A model generated the notes under the pieces. The model was not told the DNA's origin. It worked only from the letters and a program-made list of their open reading frames with translations, and ran no database searches. From the IMG/VR virus record IMGVR_UViG_3300013102_000007, positions 1-64,000 of that record: 64,000 nt of DNA; one strand, given 5' to 3'. The translations under genes were made by a program, and so were the position numbers. Position 1 is the stretch's first letter, and the number at the start of each line of letters is the position of its first letter. Origin of the DNA: a virus. Shown here piece after piece: positions 59,662-64,000 of the stretch.

Positions 59662-59735
59662 GCGCTTATGGTGGAACGGTATACACAATGGCTTTAGAAC
59701 CCATCCAATTCTCAGTTCGAATCTGAGTAAGCGTA
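59662..59735 (+). tRNA. tRNA with anticodon UAG (Leu by code) but short variable region
   Basis: Acceptor GCGCTTA/TAAGCGT, T arm CTCAG-TTCGAAT-CTGAG, anticodon arm ATGG(C)-TTTAGAA-(C)CCAT. 6-nt variable region, no type II arm. Confidence 0.6.
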
Positions 59736-60185
59736 CTAGGCTTTTGACCATATTAATTAGCTACCTTAATTATGGTAATTAATCTATAGTGTGTTAGCTA
59801 ATTTCATAGAGGGAATGTGAAAGAAAATGTAAGTCTACCCTGTAGTCCCTTAATTACAAGTTTTTACTAGATAAATTTACATTTTTTCTTAACTTCATAT
59901 CGGTCATTTAGTTAATCGTGGTAGGTGTAAGTCTGAGAAATTCCTATAATCCACTCTTTGTTTGTGTCCCTTCGCCCGAATACATAATGCCGTTGCTTCC
60001 TGTAAACTTAGCCACATCTTCTAGCTTTGTTCCTCACTCGTTTAGCAATGAAGTTCCCCTGTTTTAAACTTCATGGACACTCTAACTAAGTGTGTTAACT
60101 TTAATTGTTTGGCGTTAACAACCAATAGAACTGCAAACTTAAACATAATTTTGTTATAAAACAAATAAAATAGTTTAAAATAAAT

Positions 60186-60216
60186 TTTGTACCTTCATAT
60201 CCTTTTCCTACCTTAG
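60186..60216 (+). promoter_or_regulatory. promoter candidate TTTG-N19-TACCTTAG
   Basis: TTTG 60186-60189, 19-nt spacer, TACCTTAG 60209-60216. Ends 5 nt before ATG 60221. Confidence 0.5.
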
Positions 60217-60220
60217 TATT

Positions 60221-60394
60221 ATGATTGAAAATAAGAAAAAATTGGAAGGTGCCATACTAGGAGTATCTCAATGTAATTTAGCATCCATTTTAAAAAGAAT
60301 TAATCCCAAACCAATTATAGTAAAATTTGGAGAGGGTAATTATTATCTCGATTCGGAAATTATTAAAAATAATAAAAATGAAAAAATTATATAA
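60221..60394 (+). CDS. small helix-turn-helix-like protein (57 aa)
   Basis: ATG 60221 to TAA 60392-60394. ...LGVSQCNLASILKRINP... resembles a short HTH. Below the track cutoff. Overlaps the next gene by 17 nt. Confidence 0.45.
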   Translation: MIENKKKLEGAILGVSQCNLASILKRINPKPIIVKFGEGNYYLDSEIIKNNKNEKII

Positions 60395-60584
60395 AATCAG
60401 GCATAAACCTACAGGTAAATTTGTATCATTAGGATACAATTCAAAATCAACTTGGAGAATTTATCCATCAGAAGCAATTTCATATTCAAGAGAAATACAA
60501 CAAAACATGCAAGACTACGAGATTGTAGTTTATACGTATGTGGAAGATCACTCAGAACCTCTTAAAGAATTAAAACAAAAATAG
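60378..60584 (+). CDS. hypothetical protein
   Basis: First ATG of track ORF 60327-60584 (the track start is TTG). 68 aa. Confidence 0.55.
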   Translation: MKKLYKIRHKPTGKFVSLGYNSKSTWRIYPSEAISYSREIQQNMQDYEIVVYTYVEDHSEPLKELKQK

Positions 60585-60585
60585 A

Positions 60586-62523
60586 ATGAATAAAAGCACA
60601 AAAATTTTAAGTGAAATTACCATTTTTTCAAAATACGCAAAGTACTTACCTAAATTACAAAGACGTGAGACGTGGCCGGAAATTGTAAAAAGATATACGG
60701 ATATGATGATTGATAAGTATCCAAAATTAAAAGACGAAATATTAGAGAACGCCAAGCTTATTTTAGACAAAAAAGTCCTACCATCAATGAGAGCTTTACA
60801 ATTTGCTGGTAAACCTATAGAAAAGAATCCCACTCGTGTTTACAATTGTGCTTTTTTGCCAATAGATGATTACCGCGCATTTGGGGAAACTATGTTTTTA
60901 CTTTTAGGTGGGACAGGGGTTGGGTATTCAGTTCAATTTCATCATGTAGATAAGCTGCCGGAAGTTACCAAACCTACCAAGCATAAACGATACCTAATTG
61001 GGGATAGTATTGAAGGATGGTCTGATGCGGTTAAGATGCTAATGAAATCTTATCTTGGTAAGAGCCAAGTTAAACCTGTGTTTGATTTTAGAGATATACG
61101 AGAAAAGGGTGCCAGATTGAAGACCACAGGAGGCAAAGCCCCTGGGTCTGAGCCACTTAAAACTTGTTTATTTAACATTGAAACCATTTTAGAGCGTAAA
61201 CAAAACGGAGACAAATTAACTCCTATTGAATGTCACGATATTCTTTGTTATATTGCTAATGCCGTTTTAGCAGGTGGTATCAGAAGAGCTGCAATGATAA
61301 GTTTGTTTAGCTTTGATGATGAAGAAATGTTGGCTTGTAAATCTGGTAATTGGTGGGAACTGAATGAACAACGTGGTAGATCAAATAATTCAGCTGTGAT
61401 AGTTCGAAACAGGATTAAAAAAGATGAGTGGGATTCAATTTGGGCTAAGATTAAAGCTTCAGGTTCTGGTGAACCAGCTGTATACTTTACAAATAATTCA
61501 GATTGGGGGACTAATCCATGTTGTGAGGTAGCACTAAGACCTTTTCAATTTTGCAATCTTTGTGAAGTTAATGTGTCTGATATTACTTCTCAAGAAGATT
61601 TAAACCGGAGAGTATCAGTGGCTGCTTTCTTTGGGACATTACAAGCAGGTTTTACAGACTTTCACTATCTGAGAGATATTTGGAAAAAGAATACTGAAAA
61701 AGATGCTTTGATTGGTATTGGAATGACAGGCATCGGATCAGGTGTAGTAGAACAATATGATCTAAAAGAAGCTGCTAAATTGGTTAGCAAAATTAATGAG
61801 GTTACAGCTAAACTTATTGGTATAAGAAAATCAGCTCGTGATACAGTTGTTAAACCAGCAGGTACAACTTCTTGTGTTCTTGGTACAAGTAGTGGAGTCC
61901 ACGCTTGGCATAATGATTATTATTTACGTTCTATTCGTTTAGGTAAAAATGAATCTTTATATACTTATCTAAGCATTTATGCTCCTGCTTTATTAGAAGA
62001 TGACTTCTTTAGACCAGAGACTCAAGCAATTGTTAGAATACCACAAAATGCTCCTGAAGGTGCTATACTTAGGACTGAATCAGCTTTAGACCTTTTAGAA
62101 AGAACTAAACGATTCAATTTAGATTGGGTTAGAAGTGGACACGTATCAGGAGATAACACAAACAATGTATCAGCTACTGTATCGTTAGGTAACGAACGTA
62201 CTTATATACATGACCATATTACAAATACTTATATGGATAGTAGTTTAGTAGAGCCAATAACAGATAAGACACACTTATTAGATGAATGGGAAATGGCTGG
62301 TGAGTGGATGTGGGAGAATAAAAATACTTTTAATGGGTTAAGTGTTTTGCCTTATTTAGGAGGTACTTATGTTCAAGCCCCTTTTGAAGATATAACAAAA
62401 GAAGAGTTTGAAAGTAGATTAAAATCATTAGTAGACATTGATCTTTCTAAAGTAGTAGAAATTGATGATGAAACTGAACATAATCAAGAAAGTGCGTGTG
62501 CAGGTGGTAAGTGTGAAGTTTAA
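60586..62523 (+). CDS. nrdJ: ribonucleotide reductase, class II (B12-dependent, monomeric type)
   Basis: GTNPCCEVAL thiyl-radical loop (NPCGE-like), GGTGVGYS and GGIRRAAMI blocks, C-terminal redox pair CAGGKCEV. 645 aa. Confidence 0.75.
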   Translation: MNKSTKILSEITIFSKYAKYLPKLQRRETWPEIVKRYTDMMIDKYPKLKDEILENAKLILDKKVLPSMRALQFAGKPIEKNPTRVYNCAFLPIDDYRAFGETMFLLLGGTGVGYSVQFHHVDKLPEVTKPTKHKRYLIGDSIEGWSDAVKMLMKSYLGKSQVKPVFDFRDIREKGARLKTTGGKAPGSEPLKTCLFNIETILERKQNGDKLTPIECHDILCYIANAVLAGGIRRAAMISLFSFDDEEMLACKSGNWWELNEQRGRSNNSAVIVRNRIKKDEWDSIWAKIKASGSGEPAVYFTNNSDWGTNPCCEVALRPFQFCNLCEVNVSDITSQEDLNRRVSVAAFFGTLQAGFTDFHYLRDIWKKNTEKDALIGIGMTGIGSGVVEQYDLKEAAKLVSKINEVTAKLIGIRKSARDTVVKPAGTTSCVLGTSSGVHAWHNDYYLRSIRLGKNESLYTYLSIYAPALLEDDFFRPETQAIVRIPQNAPEGAILRTESALDLLERTKRFNLDWVRSGHVSGDNTNNVSATVSLGNERTYIHDHITNTYMDSSLVEPITDKTHLLDEWEMAGEWMWENKNTFNGLSVLPYLGGTYVQAPFEDITKEEFESRLKSLVDIDLSKVVEIDDETEHNQESACAGGKCEV

Positions 62524-62533
62524 ATAATTATTC

Positions 62534-62577
62534 AAAAAAGAAACCCCGACTAGAGTAATATCTGATCGGGGTTTTTG
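62534..62577. terminator. bidirectional rho-independent terminator
   Basis: AAACCCCGA/TCGGGGTTT hairpin flanked by an A-run upstream and a T-run downstream, between convergent genes. Confidence 0.7.
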
Positions 62578-62579
62578 CT

Positions 62580-62960
62580 TTACTTAGCTTCCATAAGGTC
62601 TTTATGTATTTGCTTGAATAGTTTTTTTCTTTCTGTTTTATTTAATTTTTTATTATTTACCATACCCATGTAATAGGCTTGTTCGGCTGGTGTTATTTTC
62701 CACCAAATATTGTAAGTAGTAAAATCAGATACATTTCTTAAATATGGGGTTAGTTCAAAAGCTCCCATACCACTATGAGTTGCATAGTGTTTAATAATAG
62801 TATTTTTTCCTACTGATTGGGCTTCATATCCAAGTTCTATTAAAATTGACTTTAATAACATTGGATCATTTTCATAATTTTCAATTGCTATTTGCAATCT
62901 TGGGCTTTCCATTAAATCCTCTACTGTAGTATTTAACGTTCTTCCTTTTTTCTGGATCAT
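62580..62960 (-). CDS. hypothetical protein (lone minus-strand gene)
   Basis: 126-aa ORF, opposite in orientation to all its neighbours. Confidence 0.6.
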   Translation of the reverse strand: MIQKKGRTLNTTVEDLMESPRLQIAIENYENDPMLLKSILIELGYEAQSVGKNTIIKHYATHSGMGAFELTPYLRNVSDFTTYNIWWKITPAEQAYYMGMVNNKKLNKTERKKLFKQIHKDLMEAK

Positions 62961-63175
62961 AATTAATATCTTTTAAATTGTATCTGTGCTAGTATATAAG
63001 GAATAAACTCGTTAATGATTAATAAGTGACCTACTACTATTTGTAAAACATTCATTTCTTGCTAAAATTATTAGTCAAAGTTACCACAATAATTTATTAT
63101 TTCCAAATCTGACTTATATGTGACAATAGTTATGACTCAAGTACATATCTTAGCGTTATAATTAAAAACAAAGAA

Positions 63176-63427
63176 ATGAAAAAACAAGATGTTTACGTAT
63201 CTACAGATACACCAGAAAAATGCAAAGCATTATTTGCAGTGTTAGAAAAACACAATGAACCCATTTACTTTCACTCTTTAAATTTAAAAGAAGGTGCTTT
63301 AGAAGGTGGTAATTTTGTTGACTTTGACGATGAAGAATGGATTAGAGGTACTATAGGTTGGTTAGAAGAAAAAACAGAAATTTCTGTTGAAGAATTGGAT
63401 CAAATTTTATCATCACAATATGAATAA
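63176..63427 (+). CDS. stand-alone MKKEEIYV-type domain protein
   Basis: MKKQDVYVSTDTPEKCKALFAVLEKHNEPIY...ISVEELDQILS. 83 aa, equal to the shared N-domain alone. Confidence 0.65.
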   Translation: MKKQDVYVSTDTPEKCKALFAVLEKHNEPIYFHSLNLKEGALEGGNFVDFDDEEWIRGTIGWLEEKTEISVEELDQILSSQYE

Positions 63428-63899
63428 GTATACAGAAGAAGAGTTAGTAGGGATGACTGCTGAAGTAGTTGAGCATCCTGAAATGCAAGAAATTATTAAT
63501 CAAGGTTTAGGTGGATTGTTAGGCTTGGTAGCAGAGTTTAATTTTGTAGGAGAGCAAAATATTTATCCTGCTCCGGTTCAACAAAATGAAAAAGATATAA
63601 AGCTTACTGTTGATTTGATTCAAGAAGAGTTGAATGAATTGAAAGAGGCTTTGGAAACTGGTGATAAAGTTGCACAATTAGATGCATACATTGATTTGGC
63701 TTACGTACTTTTTGGTGGTGTTCATAAAAGTGGAATGATGAAAGAGTTTGTTAAAGGCTTTTTACCAGTTCATATTAACAATATGTCTAAATTCCAAAAT
63801 GGAAAAGCTATTTTTAACGAAGCCGGAAAAATTATCAAACCTGAAGGTTATCAACCTATTGATTTAGGTGTTAATTTTCCTTACTTAAAAAACAAATAA
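63420..63899 (+). CDS. MazG-like / HisE-like nucleoside triphosphate pyrophosphohydrolase
   Basis: LIQEELNELKEAL...AQLDAYIDLAYVLFG...NNMSKF...GKIIKPEGYQPIDL all-alpha NTP-PPase pattern. ATG 63420 overlaps the upstream stop by 8 nt (track start is 63387). Confidence 0.65.
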   Translation: MNKYTEEELVGMTAEVVEHPEMQEIINQGLGGLLGLVAEFNFVGEQNIYPAPVQQNEKDIKLTVDLIQEELNELKEALETGDKVAQLDAYIDLAYVLFGGVHKSGMMKEFVKGFLPVHINNMSKFQNGKAIFNEAGKIIKPEGYQPIDLGVNFPYLKNK

Positions 63900-63900
63900 A

Positions 63901-64000
63901 ATGAAGAAATCTGTTTATTTAGCTGGTGGTTTTTATGCTAATGATTGGCAAGAAACTGTTAAAGATGCTTGTTCTGAATTAGACGTTAAATTTTTTGATC
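63901..64000 (+). CDS. partial CDS, possibly nucleoside 2-deoxyribosyltransferase-like
   Basis: MKKSVYLAGGFYANDWQETV... The N-terminal VYLAGG motif is typical of that fold. Truncated by the window end. Confidence 0.4.
   Translation, partial: MKKSVYLAGGFYANDWQETVKDACSELDVKFFD

Noticed and set aside
60570-60833. 87-aa minus-strand ORF overlapping the start of nrdJ.
   Set aside because: It is antisense to a strongly supported gene and its hydrophobic low-complexity product is typical of a reverse frame.
1-64000. CRISPR arrays, rRNA genes, integrase/transposase genes and prophage att sites were looked for.
   Set aside because: There are no regularly spaced direct repeats, no rRNA-like conserved segments, and no recombinase-like ORFs in the six-frame track.

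Overview
Visibly AT-rich 64-kb stretch of a tailed dsDNA phage (Caudoviricetes) genome. The host is probably a Bacteroidota (Flavobacteriia-like) bacterium. This rests on repeated TTTG-N19/20-TAnnTTTG promoter boxes, no Shine-Dalgarno logic, apparently leaderless starts, and a DUF3127-type SSB. There are three transcription blocks. (i) 1-14.9 kb, plus strand: about 45 small, tightly packed early genes, including a thioredoxin-reductase-like flavoprotein without the CxxC site, a Cys-X5-Arg phosphatase, several paralogous small-protein families and many mini membrane peptides. This block is preceded by about 1.7 kb of mostly non-coding DNA. (ii) 14.9-57.4 kb, minus strand: a recombination/replication module (Rad52-like annealase, YqaJ exonuclease, HNH-AP2 homing endonuclease, DnaB-like ATPase). 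It continues with a dNTP-diphosphohydrolase-like fusion, a metallophosphoesterase, holin plus M15 endolysin, two tail fibres (one with an SGNH esterase domain), a T7 endonuclease I homologue and a 2112-aa virion protein. It ends with a head module (TerL, portal, scaffold, major capsid), two GroES-like genes, an SSB-like protein and two tRNAs. (iii) 57.6-64 kb, plus strand: an array of about 19 tRNA or tRNA-like genes, a class II ribonucleotide reductase and a MazG-like NTP pyrophosphohydrolase. The most striking content is RNA. Two complete type I hammerhead ribozymes sit in consecutive early intergenic gaps, and each would leave a 23-nt leader on the downstream gene. An anticodon-arm-less tRNA-like element lies in the gap just before them, and an orphan tRNA-like gene heads the operon. 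The tRNA array carries recurrent non-canonical features: A54:U58 swaps, tandem U.U acceptor mismatches, C33, and a permuted 3'-half/5'-half pair. No rRNA, CRISPR array, integrase or transposase was seen. All calls were made by eye from the sequence and ORF track; no searches were run.
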